Virus record (IMG/VR): IMGVR_UViG_3300032213_001988
Coordinates: 67,519 to 131,518 of that record
Source: a virus
DNA length: 64,000 nt
Reading direction: 5' to 3' (one strand)
Part shown: positions 1 through 10,600 of the stretch, piece after piece
Numbering within the stretch: position 1 is the first letter of the stretch
Layout of the letters: each line of letters starts with the position of its first letter
The notes under the pieces: generated by a model
Database searches by the model: none
What the model saw: only the letters and a program-made list of their open reading frames with translations
Told to the model about the DNA's origin: nothing
Position numbers and translations under genes: made by a program

Positions 1-3000
1 GGCACGAGCAATAGGGAACCCAGGAACATTTACCTGGCAAACCGCTACTAGCTCAAGAGCACCCTTAATTGGGCGCCAGTCTCCTGAAGGAGCTGATGCG
101 CGAAGGGCACGGATTTGCTCCGGAGTTGCGCTAGGGCGTAGTGCTCCAGCAACCCAGATGCCATAAGCATCTTCTCCAGCGTGAACATCTGATACAGCAG
201 ATCCTGTGTCGTCATAGTGACGAGCAGCTGCTGCGGCGCTTGCCTCAAGTGATGCGTGACCACCGGCAAGTGTTAGTTGACCTACAGGAACATCGGTTCC
301 GTCGTCAGTGCGAACTACTCCTGTGTGGAAGTAGGCGTATTTGCTCTTTGAGCGTGGTGGCTTGGTTCCATATGCTAGGCCAATGTGATCTACATGCCAT
401 GCAGCAATGTGACCAAACACCTGACCTTCATCCGTAACTGTAAGTGGTGTTGCCTTCTTAAGTTCTGGATTTACAAACCAGCTCTTTGGTGGGGTGACGG
501 GGATTGCTCCAGCAACGAAACCGCATGCGACTAGCGACGCTGCTTCTGCCGGATCCACATCTTCCACATAGACTCCGTCAGGAATCACATCATCCTCCTG
601 TATCTCATTTTCTTCCTCAACGAGGAAAATCTTGCATTCTTGGAATGCAGGCTTAGGCACCATAGTAACTCCCATAACGCGTGCCTTAGTAATGTCCATT
701 TTACCATTACCAACTTTACCTGGCTTATCTTCTCCAGCCTTTAGTTCTTCTTCTTGTGCTTCAAACATATCCATGTCGGCTGAAACTCCACGGATAAAAC
801 CTTCGCGAACTAGACGTTCGGCTTCCTTACCATATTCACCAGTATCAAACACGCCCTTTGCGTTTCCAATACCTTGCTCAACGCGTTCCATAGTCTCAAT
901 GCGGCCTACGACTACAGAGCCCATGTGACCTTCGCCAGTCTTGATCTGCCACATCAAAGGAAGAGGTAGCTCGCGTAGGTTAATTGAATCTTTTCTAAAC
1001 TTGCGGCCATCGCCTGACTCAATTCCTTCAGGTATAACAAGAGGAATGGTAAACTTTGCGCCTGGTGTTTCGTGCCCTGTTGCAACTAGGCCCATACGAG
1101 ATCGAGCCTCATTTGCACGAGCAGATAGAGCTGCTTTTTCAATCATCTCTTCAGAGCTTACAACAACATCGGTGCTAAATGAGTTGCGGCCTTTTCCTTT
1201 TCTACCATAAAGTTGACGATGTTCCTTGTCGCCTGTCCACATTCCGGTCATTTCCTTATGACGGAGTGAGCAGTATCCTTTTGCGCGTGGACCCATGTAC
1301 TTTGAAAGTTGACGTACACAACGTGTCCAGTCGCCTCCAGTGTTCCAGCGAATCTTCATTCCACCCTTGCCAATAGTCCAATAACGACGTAAGGCTTCAG
1401 CGTTTCCACGATTACGGTCAAGGCCACCAGCTGCAGTTAACGTTGGCCCCCATAGAACAGTAAGAATGTGGTCTACATCTTCAGAGACGTAGATAGACGC
1501 TGTGACCGTGTTTGTGTCAATCTGTGTTAATACGTCCTGCAGCGTCTCGCTATCAAGAGGTACAACTGGCGGAGGTGTCGCCGAGTTAAGATCTGAGATG
1601 ATGCCTTCATCACGAACCCACTCTGCCTCAACTCGCTTGTAAGCCATTGGAAGATTTGATTTAGAGCTAGCAGGAACTAGTGCAATTAGATCCATCACAG
1701 CGCGAGGATCATCTGGAGAAACAAGAGCCATGAACAACGGCTGAACGTCAGAGTTATCCGGTGTTAGTTCAACAGCAGCGGCTGAGGACATCATTCCTGA
1801 TGCTCTAGTCACTGGCTGATACCAAAGACGATTTGGATAGGTAGTCTCACCAGTTTTCTTGTTTACAATTTTTTTATTTAACCACGACTTAAGAAGAGGG
1901 TGATCATACGCATCAAGAGTAAGCGTTTTGCCTGTCATCTTTAGGATGTCAGCGCCCTTAGTGCCAGAGATGTCAGGTGTACCAGCTCTATCAAGAGGAG
2001 TTGCACCTGCTGGAGCCTTGGTTGGAGTCTGCGTAGATGGTTTTGGCGCTCCTGGGACTGTTGTTCCTGGTTGCGCAGTAATAGAAGAGCCTGGAGCTAC
2101 TGGCGCAGGTGTATTTAACGGCTTAAACTGATCTCGTTGCGATTTAACCCAGGCTGGCCAGTTATTAACAATCTCCGACATGTCACTTGGGCGTAGCGCA
2201 GGTAAAGTTCCAGGGATTTGAACGTTTGGACGGTCAATCGGTGTACGTGGTTGCGCAAGTATCCCTGTAGTGTCAAAAGCAGGAGTGTCAACAGTCTCTC
2301 TTGAGATCGCGCCGATGTACTTGTCAACCTTTTCAGTTGATTGCGCTGGCACATCAGCGGTTGTTCCATTATCAAATTGAATCTTAACTGTATTAGCGTC
2401 AGGGTTAATCGCACGGATTGTTCCGACGCCATTTTGGACGTCACCTCCGACAACAACACGAGATCCTTGCGACGCAAACCGACCTGACGCATCACGAACT
2501 TGACGCGCTGCGTTCTTAGCGCGCTCCTCGGGTGAGTACTGGCCATCTCCTTCAGCAGGAGCTGCTACAGGAGCAGGTGCTGCTACCATTGCGCTGTCAA
2601 CATAATCCCAGTCGACTTCATTCATTGCACGTGCGACTAGGTGAGCCTCGTCGTAGTCAATGTCTTCAACAGAAACGTATCTGTCAGGGTTTTGCTGTAG
2701 TCGTGCTGAGATAATTATTGCAGAGTCTGGGTCAATTACAACGTGCGACTTCTCAACGTAGTCATCTACGTCATCAAGCTCACTGTCGTATAGATAAACA
2801 TCTCCGTTGTATAAGCCTAAGTCGTCCCAGCCTAAACCGTCCCAGACATAAACGCTGCTATCAAAATCAATCTTGTAAAGGCGGTCCATGCCGGTGCCGT
2901 CAAGTCGTACTCGAGCAAGAAACTCTGGTGCAGTCATTGCTGGCTTCTCTAGAGCTTCTTTAAATGCGTCTAAGTCAGAGGTGTAAAGACGCGGTGCGTC

Positions 3001-3597
3001 ATACTCGCTAATATCCTGTTGATGACCAGGAAGAATATAGCCATCAGCAGTTAGAGATTTTTTGTTTTCGCGTTCTACGATTGCTTGCGCCCATCGCCAT
3101 CCCGCGTCGCCGCCCCAGAGAGCCCACGCAATACGCCCACGAGAAGGAAAGCCCTTTTCACCTGGCTGGTATCCTTGCGCCTTCTTATCAATCTCATGAC
3201 GAGGAAAATACTTCGCAATATGACGGACCTTTTCGATCCCGATCTGCCCTCCCTTAGCAAGAGTGCGCGCGGTGTTGAGCCCAACTGGTGTACCTCCTCG
3301 CTTATGTTCTTTTCTCCATTCAATACCTTTTTTAGCTTCAACCTGAACTCCGCGAGGAATCGTGTACATACGTCCTGACGCAACGATAACCTTAATTTCT
3401 AGGTCTGCTAAAGCACCTTGTGCAAGATCAAACATTGCCTGAGGAATATCGTCAGAGCAAGGCGTCCAGCTGCTAGATGAAAACATCTGCTCTGCGTTAC
3501 CAGTCTCGATGACAAGGTTAACGTTCTTGTCTATTACGACAGCGTTATCTCCACTTTGGAATAAAACTAGTGAGTCATTAACTCCAAGTATATTCAC
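1..3597 (-). CDS. Multidomain capsid maturation (prohead) protease, >1199 aa, 3' end outside the window
   Basis: GTG at 3597. Frame translated by hand at several points and consistent with an open frame to the window edge. It is absent from the ORF track, presumably because there is no stop. HK97-like protease motifs GEGHMGSVVVGRI and RGVSADMD (about 700-1050). Actinophage protease C-domain GHIAAWHVDHIG...HYDDT...GIWVAGALRP...SGDWR...VNVPGFP. Also GNAEALRRYW and RIAWALWGGD modules. Confidence 0.85.
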   Translation of the reverse strand, partial: MNILGVNDSLVLFQSGDNAVVIDKNVNLVIETGNAEQMFSSSSWTPCSDDIPQAMFDLAQGALADLEIKVIVASGRMYTIPRGVQVEAKKGIEWRKEHKRGGTPVGLNTARTLAKGGQIGIEKVRHIAKYFPRHEIDKKAQGYQPGEKGFPSRGRIAWALWGGDAGWRWAQAIVERENKKSLTADGYILPGHQQDISEYDAPRLYTSDLDAFKEALEKPAMTAPEFLARVRLDGTGMDRLYKIDFDSSVYVWDGLGWDDLGLYNGDVYLYDSELDDVDDYVEKSHVVIDPDSAIIISARLQQNPDRYVSVEDIDYDEAHLVARAMNEVDWDYVDSAMVAAPAPVAAPAEGDGQYSPEERAKNAARQVRDASGRFASQGSRVVVGGDVQNGVGTIRAINPDANTVKIQFDNGTTADVPAQSTEKVDKYIGAISRETVDTPAFDTTGILAQPRTPIDRPNVQIPGTLPALRPSDMSEIVNNWPAWVKSQRDQFKPLNTPAPVAPGSSITAQPGTTVPGAPKPSTQTPTKAPAGATPLDRAGTPDISGTKGADILKMTGKTLTLDAYDHPLLKSWLNKKIVNKKTGETTYPNRLWYQPVTRASGMMSSAAAVELTPDNSDVQPLFMALVSPDDPRAVMDLIALVPASSKSNLPMAYKRVEAEWVRDEGIISDLNSATPPPVVPLDSETLQDVLTQIDTNTVTASIYVSEDVDHILTVLWGPTLTAAGGLDRNRGNAEALRRYWTIGKGGMKIRWNTGGDWTRCVRQLSKYMGPRAKGYCSLRHKEMTGMWTGDKEHRQLYGRKGKGRNSFSTDVVVSSEEMIEKAALSARANEARSRMGLVATGHETPGAKFTIPLVIPEGIESGDGRKFRKDSINLRELPLPLMWQIKTGEGHMGSVVVGRIETMERVEQGIGNAKGVFDTGEYGKEAERLVREGFIRGVSADMDMFEAQEEELKAGEDKPGKVGNGKMDITKARVMGVTMVPKPAFQECKIFLVEEENEIQEDDVIPDGVYVEDVDPAEAASLVACGFVAGAIPVTPPKSWFVNPELKKATPLTVTDEGQVFGHIAAWHVDHIGLAYGTKPPRSKSKYAYFHTGVVRTDDGTDVPVGQLTLAGGHASLEASAAAAARHYDDTGSAVSDVHAGEDAYGIWVAGALRPSATPEQIRALRASAPSGDWRPIKGALELVAVCQVNVPGFPIARA

Positions 3598-4656
3598 TTA
3601 CTCTTCCTCCGTAATAGGTCCACCAACAACCCACGCGTTACATGTACGAGATGCCGCACACTTGAAATCTAAAGCTTCGCAGTACCCAAGCTCTGCCGCG
3701 TCAACCGCGTCCCAGGCGTTATCACTTGAGGATCCACCTTGCTCAATACCAGTTGTAATACAGTCAAGCATCTTAGGAGTACGAATAAACATTACACAGT
3801 TTCCACATGTGCTCTTTCGTGCCTCGTCACCAGAGACTCCCCAGCGTGTTCCTTTATCGTCCCAGAACTCATCGTTTGGCTCGTTTGGATTTAGTGGGCC
3901 GTAGCCTGCGTTCTTAATTGCATATTCACGATTTTCAAGATTAACAACAATGTCCTGTGTTGCGGGAGGGCAGTCACCATCTGCAGCTGCAGTAATAGGC
4001 TCGGACTCTTCGTCCTCGTATTGCGCGGTGTCTTCCGTGGTAAGAGTTTCATCATTACCCTCAGCCATATCGTAGATTTTTATAAACTTAGGTGTTACCT
4101 CATGAACCTCTAGCCCGTCGATTGACTCGTCGTCTGCAGGTAGCTTAAACCATCCGCGATTTGAGCGGGTGTACATTCCAGCCTCTGATGAGTAGATTAA
4201 GTATTTAACCTCTTGAGACTCGGTGTCAACTGCTGCGTAAAGATTATCCTCTGGAGCAGGCGCGTTGGGAGTAAACGCTAGTTTTACATCTGCCATGTAC
4301 ATCTCCTCTAGTGCCTCAGCAGGGACGGTAGTCCGAAGGCTTGAAGCCCATCTACCATCTGTGTCTTGAAATGCTCGTACTGTATAAATCTTACCGTAAC
4401 TTGAGAAAGTTATGTCGCCTCTCGACTCATTTACACGCACATCTTCAGGCCGAACAAGTGGGTAGTAACGTATGCCGTCAATAGTTGAGGCTCCTGCGTG
4501 AGGCTTGTCGTCAATCATCTCGACGTGAACTCCGTAGACCGGTTGAAGCATGACCTGTCCATCTTCACCTTTAACTGTCATAACCGCAGGACCGGCTAGA
4601 AAGCCTTCATCAGTCTTCCACGCTGCCTCATCTGTAAACTTCAATTTATTTATCAC
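3598..4656 (-). CDS. Head-operon hypothetical protein with C-terminal Cys-rich module
   Basis: 352-aa ORF, GTGA overlap with the upstream gene. C-terminal CPPATQD...CGNC...GYC...FKCAASRTCNAW module. Confidence 0.8.
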   Translation of the reverse strand: MINKLKFTDEAAWKTDEGFLAGPAVMTVKGEDGQVMLQPVYGVHVEMIDDKPHAGASTIDGIRYYPLVRPEDVRVNESRGDITFSSYGKIYTVRAFQDTDGRWASSLRTTVPAEALEEMYMADVKLAFTPNAPAPEDNLYAAVDTESQEVKYLIYSSEAGMYTRSNRGWFKLPADDESIDGLEVHEVTPKFIKIYDMAEGNDETLTTEDTAQYEDEESEPITAAADGDCPPATQDIVVNLENREYAIKNAGYGPLNPNEPNDEFWDDKGTRWGVSGDEARKSTCGNCVMFIRTPKMLDCITTGIEQGGSSSDNAWDAVDAAELGYCEALDFKCAASRTCNAWVVGGPITEEE

Positions 4657-7600
4657 GACTTAGATGCTCCTGTTCCGGTAATGATAACCTCCTCGATAGG
4701 ACGTCCTCCGATGTAGTTAATTCCTCTAGCCTTTAGCCCCTCAATGACGCCCACATGAACTTCCTTTGAGACTACCATCACGTCAAGATCTTCCCAGGAG
4801 AGTCTTTGCTTAAACATAACCTCGTAGGCTCCAACCTGCGCAGCAGATATAACGTCCTTGTTCTTTGAGCGCTTGCCAAAGGCATCGGTGTAGTTTGCAT
4901 AGAAGTCTAAACGTTGATACACCTTCTTAGGGTCAAAGTATAGTGTAGGCACCCAGTCGGTAGTTCCGTATCTCTTTCTATCAGCACTTTTTACCGGGCG
5001 AGTAAACACGTAGTCAGCGCCACCAGTTCCAATATCAGCCGCGCTTGACTGACCGTTAACTCCAATTCCTTCTGTCCAGCGTGTTGTTGTTGAGAGAAGG
5101 CCTCCCTGTGGGTTATCAATGAATCCTACTATCCAGTCTGTCATTGCCTTTACTTTTTGCTCGTCACTCATGCTGTATTCAAGAACGCCAGGATTACGAA
5201 GGCCGTGACTCATAGCCTCTGGCTTGCCAGTTGCCTCCCAGATCTTTAACGCGCCTTCCTCAGAAAGGCGATATTCAATTCTTCCTGATGGGCCTGTCGT
5301 TACGATAACGTCGTCTACAGTTAGTCCCCACTTGTCCTTTACCTTTTCAAGACTTTCTGTTCTTGCCGCACCCTTAGGGTTTGTGTTCGCATCTGTCTTA
5401 GCATCAAAGATACTCATCAAGCGATTTTCAATAAGAACCTTTGCGTCTGCTGGTGTTGCAGGACGCACCTGACTTACTCCTGCTAGAGCTAGTGCGTTAG
5501 CAATCTGATCATCGGTGGCACCTGCTGGCGCTTGAATCTGCACCGTGTTGTGAAAGGCGCGAGCCGGAGCTCCACCGTATCCTTTTGAGAATGTGTCAGA
5601 CGCGTCTGGATTAGCACGATGAATATAGATAACAATTCCGTCCTTTGTAGTAATCTTATAAGTTCTTCCTGTTGGGCTTTCATAGGCTGTCTCAGATGCA
5701 GATAGATCTCCTACTCCGTCCTTGCCTACAGTTATTCTTGGAATACGTAGCTTACTGACTTCTATACCTGCGTCTGCTCTTTCCTGCTCAGTCATGCTTG
5801 CAATATCAGCGACTTTTCTCTTACCGGCCCAGTTCGTAAGCTTAAACTTTAGTTGAATGCCATCCACGCCTTCAGCGTTACGCACGTGCATAACTCGAAC
5901 ATCTAGGTCTTCAATTGAGTCTGCGTCAACAGCTGCAGACGCTCCACGCATTGCAGCTTTTTTGTCACCTGTGTCAAGAGCCTTTGCTATTGCGTCTGGA
6001 AGGGCAGGTACTGTCTCAAAGTTAGATAATGACCAGTCAGCTGGGCTGTCAACAATTACTGGCTCAGCGCCAGCGCCAGTTGCCTTTGTTGTAGACTTTT
6101 TAGTTGTAGGTCCCTTAAAGTTTTCATCGAGTGTATTTGTAGATTTTAGGGTCTTTCCTGAGCGCCACTTTACTACGCCATTTCCAAAGTCTACGAAGGC
6201 GTAGTTGTCCTTATTGACTTTTAGCACGGTACCAATTACGCCGTCCTTGTCTGCAACCTTTACTCCTGCAAAGATCTGATTACCAGTAGAATCAGCAATT
6301 GCTGTAAACCCATCAGGTACTTCAAGTTCATCAGTTGCGTCTACATCTTCTATAGGTTCTGACTCGGTACCGAAAGGCTCAGACTTGTTTTGAGCTATCT
6401 TTTCAAGCAGCGCATCATTTTCTTCCTTGGTTGGCTGACGCCACTGAAATACCTCAATGCCGTTTCCGCCAGGCTCAAAGAAATCAGGTTTAGAGTCAGG
6501 AGTGTAATTTGTCTTTTTCTTTGCATCAATGATGTATACAGTCTCGCCATCAGGGGTTGCAGCAATCATTCCGTCTTTCTCATGAACTGCAAGGATCTTT
6601 CCACCCTCTGGCATTCCGTATGAGAAAAGCTTAACTAGTTCGTTTGCTGCATCATTAAGAATAGGCTCGGTTGGGAAAGGAGTACTTGGAGATGGCTTGG
6701 TTGCTGCTGGCGTTACTTTTTCTCCAGCTGCAATTTCATCGCTAATATCAACTATGCCAGGAGCGACTATGTCGGTAATTGCTGAGATGACGTCTGCGTC
6801 TTCTGCCTCAGACCAGTCAACAAGACCTTCCTCATCTATAGCATCACGTATCTGATCTGCCTTTTCCTTAGAGATCTTAGTGCCTTGAGCGTCTAGTAGA
6901 TCTAGTATCATCTTTGAGTGAGCTTGGATTTTTTTATTATCGGTGTAGATGTCACCGTAGAACTCTTCAGGCACAAAGTCTTCATCAAGAACTGACTTGT
7001 ACTCTTTTGCAAAGTCGTCCATCTTGTCAAGTGGTACCTCTACTGTAATTTCATCAACGCCATCAACATCTAACTTAGAATCAACTACATACGGCAAAAC
7101 TTCTTCGTATCCAGCAGGTCCGTTACTATTAGGATTAAAAGGACGAGTCCCGTCGTGAACAAACGACACGCGAACTTTCTTACCATCTTCAGTTAGTTGC
7201 GCAGTTGGTTCAAACTGACCAATGTCATCTTGCGGAGTTTCTGGTGTTGGCGCTTCTGGAGCTTCTGGCTCGGGAGCGTCCGGAGCCTCAGGGGCTTTTG
7301 GGCCTTCGCCACCACCGCCATCGCCATCAATAACTGTTAGATACTTAGTGCTAAACACCTTGGGTTTGCCACCATCTGACATCTTAACCCAGACGTAGCC
7401 TGAGTTCTTGTCGTAGCGTGAGAGTACTCCTTCAAGAACCTCACCCTTCTTCTCATAGCGAATTTTTGCGCCTGGCTCAATAGGCGTTCCATTTTTATCC
7501 TTATAAGGATTTGTCACAGACTCAGTTGCGACTGGCTCTGGCGCTTCAGCAGGCGCTGTTGGCTCTGGCGCTGCAGGAGTGCTCTTATCATTATCTTCTT

Positions 7601-10600
7601 CAATGTAGTCTTTTAGAACGCGTAGTTGCTCATCAATATCATCTACGTTATTCATTAGACCAATATCATCTTTATCCCAGTCATAGGTGTCAAGCATACC
7701 GCGTAGCTCTTCAAGAACTCCTGGTAGCTCTTCATCAGAGATCTCGCCGTTACGCCAGTCAACTAACGCAGTGTCGATTTGATCTGCAACTGCTTGGAAC
7801 GCCTTTCGGTATACTGCAAGTTGTTTTTCGTCATCAGCGTACTCTTGTGCCCAACCACCAGCAGTATCAAGTGCGCTGTCAATCTCTGCTTTCTTTCCTT
7901 CGGGAGTTTGAACTGCCTCTGGGTCTGTGTCCTGCTCTTTGCTAATATCTGCGTTGTCAACTACAATAGATGTGTCCTCACTAAGGAGGTCGTATCTATC
8001 AAGAATAAACTGGCGACGAGCCTTTAGCTTATCCTTTATCTCTTGCGCTGCTTCTGTGTCTGTGACAATTCCATCAACCATTGAGTCAATGTCATCGTTT
8101 GATATGTCAAGAAGCTTGCGGGCTGACTCCTTCTGTTGCTCATCGGTCATTGAACCAAATACAGCAGCAGACTGTGGATTCATGCTAGGGTCACGCAGCG
8201 TGTCTAGTTCATTGACATCATTGCCAAACAAGGATCCCTTAGGTTTACCCATAGCGCGGAACAAAAGCGCTCCACCTGGGTCCACACGGACTGGATTACC
8301 ACTGCCATCGGACATTACGTTATCAAATCCTAAACCTGCAACGTCCCAGTTTCCAAGCCACGCATCAACTGCAAAGCCTTCCTGCAACTTAGCAAGATAC
8401 TCTGGGTTGTTTAATTGTTCCTGTAGATCTTGTTTTGATCCAATAATGTCTGGAGAGAACGTCATCTTAACTCCGTCATCTCCACTGCCAATTCCAATGT
8501 CCGCTGCATCAACTTTTAGAAGTTTATAGAACGCGGCAGCAAGAACTTCGTTCTGTGCGTGCAACTCTGACTTAGGCTTCTTTACATAGAAGCGATTTCC
8601 TTCAGCGTCTTCGTAGAAGCCACCTTCATTAGAACCAAGCTGTGGGCCAACCTTCTTCCAGCCTTCCATGTCGTACTCTGTTGAAAGTTCTTCAACTATG
8701 GAGTTAACTGGGTTGTCTACACTTTGTTCTACAGGCTCGGCTTCTTCATCAGACGCCTGTGCCTCTGGGTCTGCGTTTGCAATATCATCAAGCAACGCAT
8801 TTGTGTCAACACCTTGAATCTGCAAAGCATCACGAATAAGTTCTACGGCAACAGTGACTTCTTTCTCGTCTTCCCACTCAAGAACAACCTCGCCTGAACC
8901 ATCTTCAATTGCTTGTCTAAATGATTCAGCGAGAACGTCACGGTCGTAGCTGCGTGCAACAGCATCGGGCTTGTCTTCAAAATCGTCAGGGAAATCCTGT
9001 TCTGCTCTTGATTCGTATCGAGCAGGGTCAATCTTGTGGTAGCCTTCTGGCATCTCTGGAGATGCGTTATCCTTTATCAAAAGTTCATTGTATGAAGTGT
9101 CAAGTCCTTCGAGTACGGCATCGCGCTTTGACAGCATTTCAATTTCAACCTTAAAGACTTTTCTACCACTTGAGGTAGTTGTCTCTTTAACTTCTACTAT
9201 CTTAAAGTTTCCTAGCATTCTGTGCTCTTGCTCGTTAAAGGTAGATATCGTTGTTAGGTCAACTGATCTTCCTTTGTTAGGCTTTACTGTGAAGACGATT
9301 GATGTCTTATCAGTCGAATTAGAAAGCGCGCCTGCAAAGATCGAGGCGTTAATATCACTCGTTGAGAACGAACGCGCATCAAATGCTAAAACGTCACCAT
9401 TCTTAATTTTTTCTATAAGAGGGCTGTCGTTTGGCACCTGTAGGCCTCGGTGCAATGACACCTGGTTGTATCGAGAGGACTCAGTCATAAGTCTAAAGAA
9501 AGCGCCTGCAAATGATGTGTCGCTGTCAATAGATTCTCTTCCATCGATTAAAGCCTGCTTTGACTTAATAAGATCATTTATGCTTCCATTTTTGTCAAAG
9601 AACTCTTTTACCTCTGACCACTCAGCAGAGCCGTTGTACTTTTTAATTGCAGCGTAGACGCCGTTGGCTAGTCTAGTCCTTTCAACGCCATCACTAATTC
9701 CCTCATCAAGAGCAGTGATAGTTGCCCACAGAGCTTGGAATGCTTGCTTCTCTTCAGGAGTAGCGTCTGGGTTGAGCGCACCTCCGATATAGTCATCTAG
9801 TAATTTTTCAAGATCCTCTGAGATAGCAGAGTCGTTGTCATTTACAGGATTTCCCTTTGCTTTTCTAATTACATCTGCAAGTTCTACAATCTTAGGGTTT
9901 GGCTCGCCGTTTCTGTTGAGCTCCATTAGCTGTGATACAAGTGCAGATCCTGAGTCTGCAAGCGCAACATCAACGTTTGCTCTTGCGATAGCCTCTGCGT
10001 CCTCTGGGTCAATCGCGTCAAGCAATGGCGTTTCAGCTTGAACGTTCTCCTCCTTGCGAAGAGACTTAAGAAGGTCTTGGTTCTTGCTCTCGCCTAAGCC
10101 CGCGTCGTAGAGTTGCGCGAGTAAAAGGTCAGCGTCGTATCCTTGCTTCTTAAGCGCAAGATAGATTGCCTCTACTGGAACCCACTCTTCACCGTTATTA
10201 AAATCAAGAGCGCCAACACCTAGACCAACAGGTTTAGCTACTGGCTTCTTTTTCTTAGGGCCAGGCTTTCCTGGTTTCTTTTCAATAGGATCACCGTTGT
10301 CATCAACTTCTTCGTCGTCGCCATCATCCTCAAGGAGATCTAGCGCGTAATCTTTCTTACCAACGATACCTTGGATAAAACCGTCAACAAGCGCATCGGT
10401 TCCAAACTTGTTTGCAATAACTTCTGGATCATCTGAGAAGTCAGGACTCATCTCATCGTCAACGCGACCTTCAGGCTCAAATGCCTCAGGAGCTTTTAAC
10501 TTCCACGCACCTTCAGGAGGCGTAAGCTTTGAGATAACAGATGTTTCAGGTTCAGCAGCTGGAGCTGAGGGAGCTTCAGGGAGTTTTGCGATAACTTCGT

